From Camelus dromedarius (lineage: Eukaryota), in NCBI RefSeq assembly GCF_036321535.1, contig NC_087437.1, positions 107,510,001-107,574,000 of the forward strand: a stretch of DNA of 64,000 nt, in the 5' to 3' direction. The position numbers and the translations under genes are program-made. Shown here piece after piece: positions 39,288 to 52,639 of this stretch. The stretch's first letter is position 1, and every line of letters starts with the position of its first letter. The notes beneath the pieces are model-generated. The model saw only the letters and a program-made list of their open reading frames with translations. It ran no database searches and was not told where the DNA came from.

Positions 39288-41350
39288 ATTCTTATAGAAA
39301 ACTTTAAATGATCAATTCAGTGTTTTCCGGATTTCAATTTCTATAACAGCAGGATTGGTATGTTATTTAACTGTTAGAACCTATAGGGTTTGTCACTTTG
39401 GAAGTTCTTAATTGATGTTTGATGAGTGAAATAAGCACATATTTTAGAATACACCCCCCCCCCCAAAAAAAAAGATACTTGGTTTTGTCTGACCCATGAG
39501 CAAACATATGGCTCTTATGTTCTTAGCAAATATCTAACTTTTGTATCTCAACCCAAGTAAAACATCTCTCCCAGTGGCTTCTTGACAGAACATTCCCAGC
39601 TGTTTCAATGCTGCATAGCAAAGGTCTGACAGCTTTTAGAGCAAGAGTCAATATTAGCTAATAATCCATCTGCAATTGCAACTATTTTGTTTCATCACAG
39701 TGATAACTTATATTCCTTCTGCTACTATTTCCTTTGGGACTGGTGTGGCTGCACTTTAATATTCACAGCTAGCCTCAGAGTTGTGACTATAAATCCTTTT
39801 GAGCTATTTATTAATCTCTACTTAACATGTTCTAATTAACTTACAATAAATCCTCCAAAACTACTGCACATCTTACATTTTTCATTAGGATCTAGAAGGA
39901 AAGAAGTTGTACCACCTTCCTTTCTATTAGCAAGCATCTTTCTGCAACAGATGCGTTTGATGATGCATTTCAGTTTGACATGTCTACTATTCAGCTCCAC
40001 TGATGATCCAGATTATAGCTTTTATTCTATAATAGAGTATGTTTCAAGGTAATGAAACTTCAAGACAGGTTCAACTACACACATGGACTACAGTATGACC
40101 CTGAGACCTTTCGGCATGAGAATGTACACATATGTGCGTGCACAATAATGTACAACCTATTTTAACGTTTTGTGTTCTGAAATATCTTGATTTCTTAAAG
40201 TGTGTGTGTGTGTGTTTGGTCCTTTCACATTACTATAGCTTTTCAAAGAATTTTGACATGATTAGAGAACCAAAGAATCTAGAGGTAGAAGAAACTTACT
40301 GTCTAAATAATTAAACCACACCATCGTCTGCTGGAGGTTCTTGCAGAGACGTTGTAAACAAAACAAAACAAAACAAAATGAATCTCAAAACATATTTGGC
40401 AGATGAAAACTGCCATTGCTAGTCTGTCTTTGCTGATGTTGTGAAGTGGAGTTCCAGGCTTGCCTTGTTCTTCTGGGATTATTGTCATACTGACTGATGC
40501 CTCTGCTTAAAAAATAAATAAGAATAAACTTGCCATGATGTTATGAGTGACTTGGAACAGTGCAATAGTTTTCCAGTTTGAAATAAAGAAAATGAAATTT
40601 TGAATCGATAATCAGAGAATCCTAGAAATCTGTGTACCCAAAGTTGAGTCTGTTGCTCAAGGACATACAGCAGATGGTGTTCCTGACAATACATGCACTG
40701 AATTTCAGAGTTCTGAGTCCTAAGTTTTAGAAGAGTAGTAGAGAATATTTTTACACAGCTGCTAAAGCTCTAGGAAATCATTTGTAAAAACATTTCAGGC
40801 TTTCTCAACAATTTAGAAATTCCAGGGACTTTGTACCTAACCTATCTTTTGCTTTTTTCTTTAAGTTAAGATGTTACAAATTAAATATTCAATTAATAGA
40901 CATTCCACTAGTACCTTTGACTAACCCTTGATTTAAGATATCATAATACAGCCAGACCAAAAGCAAAGCGTTTCTCAGATGGTAGTAGCAACTTCACACT
41001 GTTCTCAGCCAGCTAAAACCCTTAGTTTGTTGGGTTATGTTTAAACTTACTTTGAAATCCTTAATATAGAGACTACTTAATATATTTCAATTTGTATGTA
41101 AAAATAAAAATTCTAAACGGCAGAATTCTTTGTCAAATTATACAGCTGAGGTTCTAAAAAGATTAAAACAAAATTGAATGTCAAATTCAAAATGCATATT
41201 CATTATAGTCAGAATAATATTAAAATTTAAAGGAGAATAAAATAAATAAAATGTGTTGAGGTCTTCAAAATGTCATATTTCATTCCTGTTTCTCTTAATC
41301 ACTAGGATTATGATAAGTGATATAAGTTTGGCCTTAAAAGATGATTATTT

Positions 41351-41404
41351 TCAGCCAGTTTCTCTACTGCTGCAGTAGCTAAATAGACATCTTTAGGAAA
41401 AACA
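41351..41404 (+). repeat. Left arm of 54-bp inverted repeat
   Basis: tcagccagtttctctactgctgcagtagctaaatagacatctttaggaaaaaca; reverse complement of 43614-43667 with 1 mismatch. Confidence 0.95.
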
Positions 41405-43613
41405 TATGCTGCTATGCTTTAAATTATTGAAGAGGTAAAACATGAGATTTCAGGCAATGAGAAACTTCTTGGAAAGAGGCTAAAATGGAAGTAAATCATG
41501 ACATTTGGGGGGTACTCGAACAAGATAATATAGGTATAAAGTGATGAGACTCTAGAGTGAAAATAAAGGGCATACAAGAGGAATCAACCCTCAAATCTGG
41601 AACACGGAATGGACAGAGCTTGAAATCTGATTGAAAATGGGGAAATAAAGAAAAGTGATGAATTAAAGAGGACAAGAAATTAAGTTGGAAATTGAAGAAT
41701 GAGAGTATCCCAAAGATTACAGGGAATGTAAGAAGATTTTGGTTTCAGCTTTCAGAAAGCAAACCACAGCAAGTTGGATATTATGTGTCTAGACGACAGT
41801 TTTCTCTTATAAAACATTGTGGAGATAAAGGAGAATTGTTCATCTCTCAACTTCAAAGTAAAATAAACACATTTTTTACAAAATTATGAAAAATAGTCCT
41901 ATTTTCAACATGTTATCAAGTGAGTCTGGAAAATTTTTGTAACTTGGGTGGATTTGTCACTCTTAAGTTCTTAACTGTAGAGAATATCATATGGTGATTA
42001 TGATTTGAATCCCAAGGACTATCCTTGCAAATCAAGTAAAAGCTAACAAGTTTTGAATATTATGATTTCAAACAGCATGAATCTAAAATTTAAATTCTAC
42101 ATAATTGTACTTCATGAAAATACTTCCAGTTCATGTGACTAAATCCAGGAACAAAGATTAGAGGGTAAAAAATAAGTCATAATTCTTATCTAGTTCCTCT
42201 TTCCCTTTAATAGATATTAAAAAGACAAACTAAACCAAGCAAACAAACATCTAACTGGCTGAATCTACTGAATGCTGGGTGTCAGCTTCTTCAATTTCTT
42301 AAGTGTTTTTAGAATATCATTCTCCACTTAAACTCCCTATTCAGTTATGCAAAAGAAAATAGAGGGGGGAAGAAAATTACTGGGCGTTATTATGCCTAAT
42401 AGATGATGTTTAACAGAGTGACAAAAAGAAAAAATGTCTTGTACAGAAATCCTATGATTTAGGTCAATTATACACTTGGGAGGGGCAAATCCTGTTGAAT
42501 TTGGAATTTGTCGAAATGCTCAAGTTATTTTTCACATGTTCTGAGCCTTTTTTAAAAAGAGGTTTTGCCTATTACTTAAAAACCCAGTGAGATTGTAATG
42601 GAACTGGGAAATGTAATCCATATGTTTTGGAAGCTTTTACAATTAAGTCATCAAATTACTGTTCAAAATGTTTTGACCATTTAAAACACAAGGTCTTTTT
42701 ATAAACATACATATTCTTATGCTCACACAAGGAAATAATGCAAAATTCTTAGAATTACTCTTTGGTTTAACCAAAAAGTAGTTCATTTCCAAATATTTAT
42801 TTTCACTTCAGTGTTGAATGGCATAATACTCAAACAATTGGTACTATGATGTTAGCAGTATTGTATTATTTAAGTTATCAAGAAAACCTGACTATGAAAT
42901 AGACAAACACTCTTGTTGTGATGTTCATGTATCTATCACCCATTCATTACCCGAACATGCAAAAATTTCTGCAAACAAATCCAATCAAGGGCAAAAAAGT
43001 TTCAGACGCATTCAAATCCATTACTATTCTGCTTATGTTCTTGGAAAATACCAACTTTTTAAGCTAAATGATATGAGTGTTTGCTGTTTGGTCTTCATTA
43101 AAATAGCTATGGGATAAATTTTTTATTCCATCACAATAGACTCAAAAGTATAACACTTCATATTGTCACAAAAATATTTTAGAGAAAAGTTGATTTTTCT
43201 TTTTCATTGGCTAAGAGCATCTGTTCCCATATCCATGACTTGTCCCTGGCATTAAATAGGATATTTCAAAAACAATACGTCATGTTGTTGGAAGAATCAG
43301 CTACTCTGTAATTTAGATTTATCATGGACACTGCTGGGTATTATCATTTTTCTTTTGCAGGTGAAGTCAGTTAAGCATCATTCACTGAGTGAGTCATACC
43401 ACGAGTTGGGTTTTTCCAGGGAGTCCTCTCCTAAGTACACTTGTGGGTATTGAAATTTCCCTTTACTTCTTCTTAGGAAGAACTTTGTTCTGTACTTTAG
43501 CTAAAACTGAAAAAATTTTAACACATTTTTCTGACATTAGAGATTATTTATCCAAGCAACTCTAAATATGAATTGCTCTAGTAAATTATGAATTGAAAGA
43601 GTGTAGCCACATT

Positions 43614-43667
43614 TGTTTTTCCTAAAGAAGTCTATTTAGCTACTGCAGCAGTAGAGAAACTGGCTGA
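43614..43667 (-). repeat. Right arm of 54-bp inverted repeat
   Basis: tgtttttcctaaagaagtctatttagctactgcagcagtagagaaactggctga. Confidence 0.95.
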
Positions 43668-44689
43668 GCATTTTAGAAAATATAAATTACAGGGTATAGC
43701 TAAGGACACATTTTTAAACATGCTGTATTTATTCATTTGTGTAAAACCATTGGTAAAATTTCATTCTTATGAATATATCTTGCATTTGAAACAATTTTTA
43801 ATTCCCAAGAAAACTTTATATTTTTAACTCTACCTCCTTTATATTATTAGCAAAAGATGTAGCAGTTTGTCACATATGATTTCTAAACAACTACATTGTT
43901 ATGGTTTTCTTTCTGGGGGACAAGGGCACTTGCAGTAAGAGCTGAGTGAGTATGTAATTACACATGTACTGCTACTGTTGTGTGGAGCCAGCTATCTGTT
44001 TGTGCAAACATAGAATACAGCCATATGGTTTAGATTCTGGAATTGTGTATTATGAAATCATTTGCAGCCCTACCCTGAACTTCCACAGAGAAAAATCGCA
44101 CAGATGGGATAGACCCATGGGCATTAGTTTAAAAGCTCTTTCTGGAAAATAAGCTGAGATAAACTAATAAAGCAGAAATCTCCTTCCCTCATAATTGTGC
44201 AAATTGTGTCCTAGAAAGAGCATAGACCCGGAGTCAAACAGATGGAATTGCAGTGTTTCCACTTGGACAAGTTATTCAACTGTTCTGACTCTAAGAGTCT
44301 CCATTTCTAAAAGAGAAATCAGACTACTGAACTTTTAAATTACCTTTGTATGAAAATAATTAGATAATACGAGGCATGCAATACTGGTTGTGCATGTGTT
44401 TATCTCCCTTCCAGTCACACTACCGTATATATGAAATGTCACTTTAATTCATTATACTTTTTTACAAAAAGTTAACTAAAATCAAAATAAAATAAATGTT
44501 ATATGCAATATCCTATAATGGTATATTTCTGGTTCGATAATTTGATGAGGTCACTATTTATTAGAAGATTCGGGTAATTACCAAATGAGTTTTAGCCAAA
44601 TTAAAGTTCTGTATGTAAGAAAATTAAGAGAATACTAAGCCTTTATTGAACCAATAGTGAAATATAGATTGTGATCTAACAGTTGTGTT

Positions 44690-45380
44690 CTTTGTCATTT
44701 ACCTGAATGAACTGAAACTTACGTTCACACAAAACCTTGCACACAAATGTCTATAGCAGCTTTATTTATAATCGCCAAAACTTGGAACCAGCCAAAATGT
44801 CTTCCCATAGGTGAATGGCTAATAAACTGCAGTACATCCAAGCAATGAAATATTACTCAACACTAAAAAGAAAGGAGCTATTGGGCCATGGAAAGACATG
44901 GAGAAAACTTACGTGCATATTACCAAGTAAAAACAGTCAAGTCTGAAAATGTTACATACTATATGATTCCAACTGTATGACTTTCTGGAAAAGGTAAAAT
45001 TATGAGGACGGTAAAAAGAGCAATAGTTTCCAAAAATGTAGGGAAAGGGAGACATTAATAGGAGGAACATAGGAAATTTTTAAGATAGTGAAACTGTTCT
45101 GTATGATACTGTACATGTGGTGGACATGTCATTTCACATTTATCCAAACTCATAGGATGTACACCGAGAGTGAACCCTATTGTAAACTATGGACTTTGGG
45201 TGATAATGTGTCAATGTAGGTTCATCAACTGTGACAAATACACCACTGTGTTGTAGGATGTTGATAGTGGGGAAGGCTGTGCATGTGTGGGGACAGGGAG
45301 ATATAGGATTTCTCTGTGCTTTCCACTCAATTTTGCTGTGAACCTAAAACTGCTCTAAGAAATAAAGTTTATTTTAAAAT
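44690..45380 (+). mobile_element. L1MC-type 3' end
   Basis: 'actgaaacttacgttcacacaaaacc', 'gaaccctattgtaaactatggactttgggtgataatg', 'gctgtgaacctaaaactgctctaagaaataaag'. Confidence 0.88.
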
Positions 45381-46784
45381 TTAGATAGTGGACATTAACT
45401 GAAAAAACTTAGTAAGTTTACAGGGAGAATATATTCACTTATCTGTTATTTAAATAAAATTAGCTTAAATTTTCAAGAAAAGAAGGTGCACTCTATGCTG
45501 GCTAATTAGCTGAAAATGCATAGAAGCAATAGTCATCGCAGTAATAGAAGAAATGGTGAAGTACATTGTGCAAAGAGGCAAGAATAGCACATAGAGCTTC
45601 ATGCACACATAGAAGATACTAGAGTCATGTAATTAGTATCACAATGAGCTTATTTAGAAAAAAACATATGAGCAGAGATACACCAAGATCACACAGTTAC
45701 TGATTGCAACATCCCACATGTTATTAGGGCACAACTGGACCAAACATTCCAGGGAAAAGTCTGTTAGAGGGAGCTTGACCCCCTAAGTCTCCGAGTCCAA
45801 AAGGACTGGGGGACAGGGGACCTTAGCAGATTGTGTATCAAAGGGAAGCTTCCTAGATGGGAAAGTTGCTTTATTAGAAAGAGGAACTTCAGCTGCTGGA
45901 ATCAGTCCTTTTTTGTCTACTGAGGCCTCAGCTCCACTGAGCCAACTCTGAGTCCTATTAAAGGAGTGGAGGAAATGAGCCTCCAGAGGCCATCTGCAGT
46001 GTCTCTCCTCACTTGATCTCAGAGAAAAAAGAAAATTGCATTAATTAGGAGCCTACAATGAACCAGTCTTGTAAATGATGTTTCCTTTACCTCAAAAGAA
46101 CCCTGTGACAGATAATAAAATAGGCAAAGGAAATAAGTGAGTCCTCCAAGATTGTCCAGCCATAAAAGGCTGTAGCCTTGTGACTCCAAACTCAATTTCA
46201 TTGGCTCCAAAACTTTGACCTTAACATAACCTAGCTCCTCAATCATTTAAAAGTTTTAATGTTTTCAATGTAAAGAGAAACAAAAATATGATTTTTTCTA
46301 TGGAAGCTGATCCAGTAATAAATTTCTTAGAAAGAGAAGCCTGAGTATAACCATTTGATGACTTGAAGGCAGTAATGATCGCTGGTACTTACTGAGAATT
46401 CACCATGTAAAAGGCACTGTGTGAATCCCTCTAAATGCACTGGGGACCAGCAATGAATTCCAAAAGCTAAAAGTTTTGTTGGAGAAGGGTGAGGGAGGCC
46501 CCAAGAAGCTTCCTGTCAGAAAAAAACAGAAAATATAAATACCATCCTTGTTTCAGCCTCCAAGTGTCCAGTAGAAAGAGGGCCCCAGAACTCTGTGGGT
46601 TCCTGGGGAGATCTCCACCTTCTATTGCTCCTGGCCTCATGATCATGTAGACCTTGAGACCATCAAAACTGTTTCAGCCCTGACCCTTCCCTATTTCTAA
46701 AAATTTTCCATAATCTCCTGTCTTGATTATTGTGATGCTGTCTAATTGTTGTCTCTGCTACTCTTTTCCTTATGATATCTTCAT

Positions 46785-47250
46785 GACTTAGCAATTTGGT
46801 TAGACTAAATTACATTCCCTAGAATTCTCTTCCCGGTGTACTTTGGAGAGGGTAGGCTGTAAGATATAGTCTTATATGTTGGGAAAATCAAGACAAACAG
46901 CAGCCATCTTATAGGATAAATATATCCTCCCAGTTATTCAATAAAACACTAAGCTTGGTGTTGCTGGGGAGGTATATTGCAGATAAATTAAAGTCCATAA
47001 TCAACTGATTTAAATTAAGATGATCTTCGGAGTGTCTAACTTAATCATTTGGAAAGGAGAGGAAAGACTTCTCCTTGTGGACACGTTCTAGCTCATGCTT
47101 GTGGGGTTCTAGCCCTTTCATGGTCTTCCTTTCCTATCTGCCTCTGGACAACAAGATTTGGCCTGTGGTCATGGGCTAGAAACCTCTTGTTGCCTCTTCC
47201 TGACTGCCAGTGTAAAGATTTAGGCAGGGGACTGACATGTTCTAACTTGG
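46785..47250 (+). mobile_element. ERVL LTR fragments (LTR33-like start followed by an LTR41-like segment)
   Basis: 'gactaaattacattccctagaattctcttcc' then 'cccagttattcaataaaacactaagcttggtgttgctg...attgcagataaattaaagtccataatcaactga'. Confidence 0.5.
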
Positions 47251-47359
47251 GTTCTCACAGATTATTCTGGCCGTTGGGTTGAGGATTACAGTCAACAGTC
47301 AATCTCATGATAAGGGATTTCTTAGAAGGAATCAGTTTATACACTATAGGTGCTGACTA

Positions 47360-48115
47360 AGCATGTGGTCACTCTTTCTCGAGCATACCAGGCTCACTCC
47401 CATCTCGAGGCCTTTCAACTTGCTTTTCCTCTGCCTAGGACCCTCTTACTGTCTGCAGAACTTACTCCATCTTTTCCTTTACATCTTTACTCAAATGTTA
47501 TTCACTCTTCACCCTGTGTTTGAAATTGAAATTCCAATTCCTGGAAAACCCTATTCCTATTCCTTCTTGATTTCAATCCACAAAATTGATCATTATGTAA
47601 CAAATATTTTCTTATTTATTTCCTAATTATTGAGAGGGCCATATTGAGAGAGAGAGAGAAAGAGAGATTTTAGGAAACTGGTTTATGTGATTATGGAGGC
47701 TGGAAAGTCCAAAATTTGCAGGATAAGCCCATAAGCTGGAGATACAGGAAAGACTTGATGTTGCAGTTCAAGCCCAAAGACTATGTGTGGACAGAATTTT
47801 GTCTTGCCAGGGGGAAGTTATATTTTTGTTTATTAAGGCCTTCAACTGATTAGATGAAATCCACGCACATTATGGAGGGCAATCTGTTTTACTCAAAATC
47901 CACTGATTTAAATGTTAATCTTATCCAAAAACACCCTTACAGAAACATCTAGAGTGTCTCACCAAATATCTGGGCAATTTGGCCCAGACAAATGGACATA
48001 GAAGTTTAACTATTACACTCCTGTTTCTAGAACAAAAGAAGCAAAGAATTTTGTCTGCTTTCTGCTGTATGGGCTTGCCACATATGAGGCTGCCAATAAA
48101 TATTTATTGAATAAA
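47360..48115 (+). mobile_element. L2 3' end interrupted by an MLT2 LTR
   Basis: 'ccaggctcactcccatctcgaggccttt' before, and tail 'caataaatatttattgaata' after, the LTR. Confidence 0.65.
47650..48017 (-). mobile_element. MLT2 LTR (ERVL)
   Basis: 'gtgattatggaggctggaaagtccaaaatttgcagg', 'ggccttcaactgattagatg', 'aaatgttaatcttatccaaaaacaccc'. Confidence 0.85.
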
Positions 48116-50760
48116 AAATTTCTCTTAGTTAATCTTGTCAACAAACCTGTATGGTTTATTTTTCTATTATTTCCATGAAAGGAATTTGAGAATGATACAA
48201 CCCCTATGATGCAGGTGAGAATTGATGGTCTAAGTAGTCAATGCCTACTCACTTAAGATTTAAACTCTGTTCTAAATCGCTAATTATTTATAGCTTTCCC
48301 CCAATCTTAAGGCTAGATAATATATCTTTTAGGGTCAATCGTTTTTAAAGGATGGCTAGATTCAGTTGCATCGCTCCTACTGGAGTAACTTAGTTAAAAG
48401 CTTCCATCTGCAGACAAGTATCCACCAGTATTATTCACAAAAGGTACTGGATACATATCAGAGAGCTTGGATAATATTATTCATCAAACATGTAAGAGAA
48501 GTGCAAGGAAGAAATCTAAGTAAGTCTGAAACATTGCAGATAATGAGAAAAAAATAAAAAATAAAAGACACCATTGATTTATTAAACAACTACAATCATG
48601 TGTGCTGGCTATTTGATAAATGTAATTTCATTTTCAGAGTGACATCAGTTTATTAATAAGGAGATAGAAATTTTAAGAAATAATTTTTGAAATCACATCA
48701 TTAATGCTATAGAAGTGAATGTATTTTAGAAATGGAATTACAAAGGCAGAGTAAAACTATTTCAGTGTCAAGGTATTTTTCTTTCTTGCTATAAGTACTT
48801 CAACAGTTAGGCTGTATGTAGTTGAAGTGCACACGTATCTCCTGGAGAAATAGGCAAAATTCTACAAAAAAAAAAAAAAAAAGCTCAGAGTCAATAATAA
48901 GAATCTGCAAAGATACGTTACTTCTTATAAAATAGTTAATGTGGTCATTACATAGATGTCTTTCTTTCTAAGATCAATGAGGGGTGACTGGCAATTAGAA
49001 GTGGAAAACAACTCAACTCCTTACAAAGAATGTGGCTGAATTTTCACTGGAGCAAATGAAAACAGTTCTCTCATTCATTCCTTGATGTCTAGTCATCAGC
49101 CAAACAGCCCAATTCGTAAATGGATCTCACAGAAAGTGAGCTTAAAGTGTCTAAAGGAAATCCATTTTAATGAATTCAAAACCACATGTATATTAGACTG
49201 TTTAATGCAACGAAGTCCAGAATGTTTTTTTAACTTTCTTTTTTTTTATTGAAGTATAGTCAGTTTACAGTGTTATTTTTGATCATCATTCAGCTTTAGT
49301 TCTTAAATTCTGCATAAAAGAAGAAACCAAATGTTTAGCAATTTTATCCTTTTGACTCATTTTGAATTGCTCAGAAAAAAATCAAAGCATGTGACTACTT
49401 ACTGGAAGTATATTTTTCTCAAAATATAAAGTGTTTGCCTATTAATGGAGCAGAATCATTACAGATACACATGTACACACTTGTAGTAGTGACTTTTCAT
49501 TTCAATTTTAATCCATTAACATCATTTTAAAGATAAGAGTTGGATATTACAAACTTCATATTGCAAATAAAGTCACTGATAGTTAAAAAGCAAACTGAAT
49601 CCAATGGATCATCACATTTTCAGGTGGAATAGAGTTATTTAAAAATCACCTGACCTACAGGTGAGAAATCTAAATCAGATACCTCCAGAAGATGAGACAA
49701 ATCCTCAAACTTTGCATATTTTGGGTACAAATCCAATGAATGTGGCTTTCCTTAGTTGGCTTTCTGATTCATTTTGGACAGGAGGTTAACAAAGAGTAAA
49801 AATGGAATCCAATCCCCACTGATAACACTTTTCTCCTTTGTTTTAATAATCCTGGGCAGCTGATGGCTAAAGATGGAGAGATTTATACCAGGGCCCTGGC
49901 CTACTCTATGTTTATATAATAGGTTCTTTGCCAGCCCTGTGTAGGAGGGATCTGCTTACATGGTGTGACTAGAGGAATGACAAGCACGCCGAGTGACCTT
50001 TCCCCAGTTAACTGCAATGCTTCTGAACTTGTCTGTATTAGACATGCAGCAAGGGCTCCCTTGAGCTGCCTTAAGAGACTGGTATCTGGATGTTAAACAA
50101 CAAGGGTTAAGTCATAGAAAAAAAGTTTATTCAATTAAAACACATTACTTTCTAGCTCTAAGCAAGACTTGGAGGAACTGATAAGCAGAATTAAGTAAGT
50201 TTTGATGGAAAAAGGGTAAAGGAAATATAGTAAGGAGCTATTCAATCACAGCTTAAAGTCATTGAAGTATACCTAAAGTTAAGTTCTTTTTATTTCATAT
50301 GTCATATGTCCTACAGATTACCTCTAAAAAGGCCTACTAAATTTAAAAGAAGAAGACGGAGGAGGAGGAGAAGATAGAGGAAAAAAAGAAAAAGTAGGAG
50401 ACATGACAAAAATGTCATATCTGAGGTTCTTTAAGACCTCATCTGTTTTATACAGAGGCCAAACTAGAATTGATACCATCTCATAAATGGAATAAATAGA
50501 TGTTGGCTTATATATTACATACAATGTAGTCATCTAGAAATTCAAATTGCAGATTTTATTATAATTTTATTTTTCAATTGTGAAATACATTAATACTGCA
50601 GAGAAATTACAAAAAATATGTTTTTAAAAATATTAGTAAAGTTAAGTGTCTATATAACTACCACCCAGGTTAAAAAACTGAACACTGCCTGTGGCTTAAA
50701 AGCCCTGTAAATCCCTTCCAAATTGCCTCCACTTCTATTTGTAAACTGAGAGAATCCCAG

Positions 50761-51142
50761 TATATTAGTCAGGATTCTCCTGAAAAACCATAGGATATAG
50801 GAATGTGTGTGTGTGTATGCATTAAGGAATTTATATTTAGTCTTAACAATTATTTTAAGGAATTGGCTCTCTTGGTGTGGGTGTTGGCAAATCTGAAATC
50901 TGCAAGCTAGGCCAGTAGGCTGAAGACCCAAGGAAGAAATGATGTTACAGTCTCTCAGGGGACCTCAGTCTTTTCTTTTAAAGCTTCCACTGAATAAATG
51001 AGGCCCACTCACATTATGAAGGGTAATCTACTCAAAGATTACAGACTTAAATGTTAATCACCTCTAAAAACATAACACTCACAGCAACATCTAGACTGGT
51101 ACCATAGCCTTGTCAAGTTGACAAATAAAATAAACCATCACA
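50761..51142 (-). mobile_element. MLT2 solo LTR with TSD
   Basis: 'tatattagtcaggattctcc...gtcaagttgacaaataaaataaaccatcaca'; exact 5-bp TSD cccag (50756-50760 / 51143-51147). Confidence 0.9.
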
Positions 51143-51269
51143 CCCAGAAAAAAATCTCAAGTATGTCAGTTTAGGTACCTACTTCCGTGTGAAAGGAGGT
51201 ATATGGAAGAAACTCTGTTACTCTACACTGCATTACTTTATTTATTTATTTACCTTGATAAAAAGCATT

Positions 51270-51370
51270 CTTTTCTTAATATTTTTATTGAACTATAGAC
51301 AGTTTACAATGTTATCTCAGCTCCTGGTGTGCAGCACAATAATTCAGTCATATAGGAACATACATATATT
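51270..51370 (-). mobile_element. Very short L1 3' end
   Basis: 'tttttattgaactatagacagtttacaatgtt...gtgtgcagcacaataattcagtcatatag'. Confidence 0.75.
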
Positions 51371-51639
51371 AACTGGTTTATAGAATGGCAGTCAGTGTAT
51401 TAAACCCATAAATAATAATTGACTGTAGAATACGGACGTTTGCAAATTGGAAGGCTTTGTTTTCAGTATCAAATGGGGAAAGAAAATATCAAAAGTGTAT
51501 GACAATATGATAGTACTTATTTTTCCAATATAACACTTACCTCTTAAGAAAGATAAATTACAGCTTTTTTTTTTTTTTTGCTATAAATCACACAAATGTG
51601 AAATCTGTCTGAATCTAAACATACTCAGTTTCTTCTGAA

Positions 51640-52280
51640 GCTTCCAACCTGTCTCTTTATCCCATCATAAACTTCACCAGGGTTGTCCACATTCACTCTT
51701 TCAATTTGGTTAATTTCTCATCTTATTTTTATTTGGGTTTTACCTCTATCATTTCACCAATACAACTCTTGTTCATGCCAGGCAGCTAAATCCAATGGAC
51801 ATGTTTTAGTTCTCACCTTATGAAACCTTTCAGAAGCTCTCCATAACCTTGGCTTTGCTCCTTGCCTTGGAAAAAATCTAGTTGCTGATGTCAAAAACAG
51901 GGTTGGTCATACAGAGCCATAAAGCCCAACTTAGAGGTGAATATTAGAGATACAGCTGGCCCAGTTATGCCCAAATAGGTAAATAACTGAAGCTGTGATT
52001 ATGGATGAAATCATCCAGGAAGTTAAGTATGGAGTGTGAAGAAAGAGGGCTTAGGATGAAGCTGTGAGTAAGTAATGTCAACACTAAACATCTAAAAAAG
52101 ACAGGGAAGGAAGTAGAAAACCACTGGAGTGTGTCATGTTAAAAGGGAGAAAGTGTTTCAAAAAATGTAGTTGGTCAGCATATTTGAAGGGTGACAAAAT
52201 GTCAAGATGAAACCTTACATATTTGCTTGGGAGGACGTTTGGGGGGCTAGCAGCTGGACACGACAAATTGGAGTGAGTAA
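51640..52280. mobile_element. L2 internal fragments in opposite orientations
   Basis: 'ctaaatccaatggacatgttttagttctcacctta' (sense) then 'atggatgaaatcatccagga...gttggtcagcatatttgaa' (antisense). Confidence 0.5.
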
Positions 52281-52639
52281 GGAATAATTAAAACTCTGCA
52301 GTTGCTTGTTCTTTTGTACTGCATGAAAGATGACTGATCTGCTATTCCTAGTTTTTCTCAGTGTGACCCCATTTTCATCTAACCTTATTTCTATTTCCTC
52401 TTGACTTTCAAAATATGTCCAATAATGAAGATGACAGTCCTCTTACTTAACTCACTCACTCACTCAATTTGCTATTCTCTTAATTCATCCAAGATTATTT
52501 ATTTAGTTCTAACTATATTTTAGTACTATCCAAATGTTGAAAACTCAATAACTCAAATGAAAGTTGAAAACTCAATAACTCAATGAACAAATAATGGTGG
52601 AGTCTCCGCTGTACACAGTAAATCCAGTTAGCCAAATTG

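Noticed and set aside
41351..43667. Inverted repeats as TIRs of a DNA transposon
   Set aside because: No TSD at the outer ends, no transposase-like sequence inside, and no resemblance to TIRs I know; kept as an unexplained finding instead
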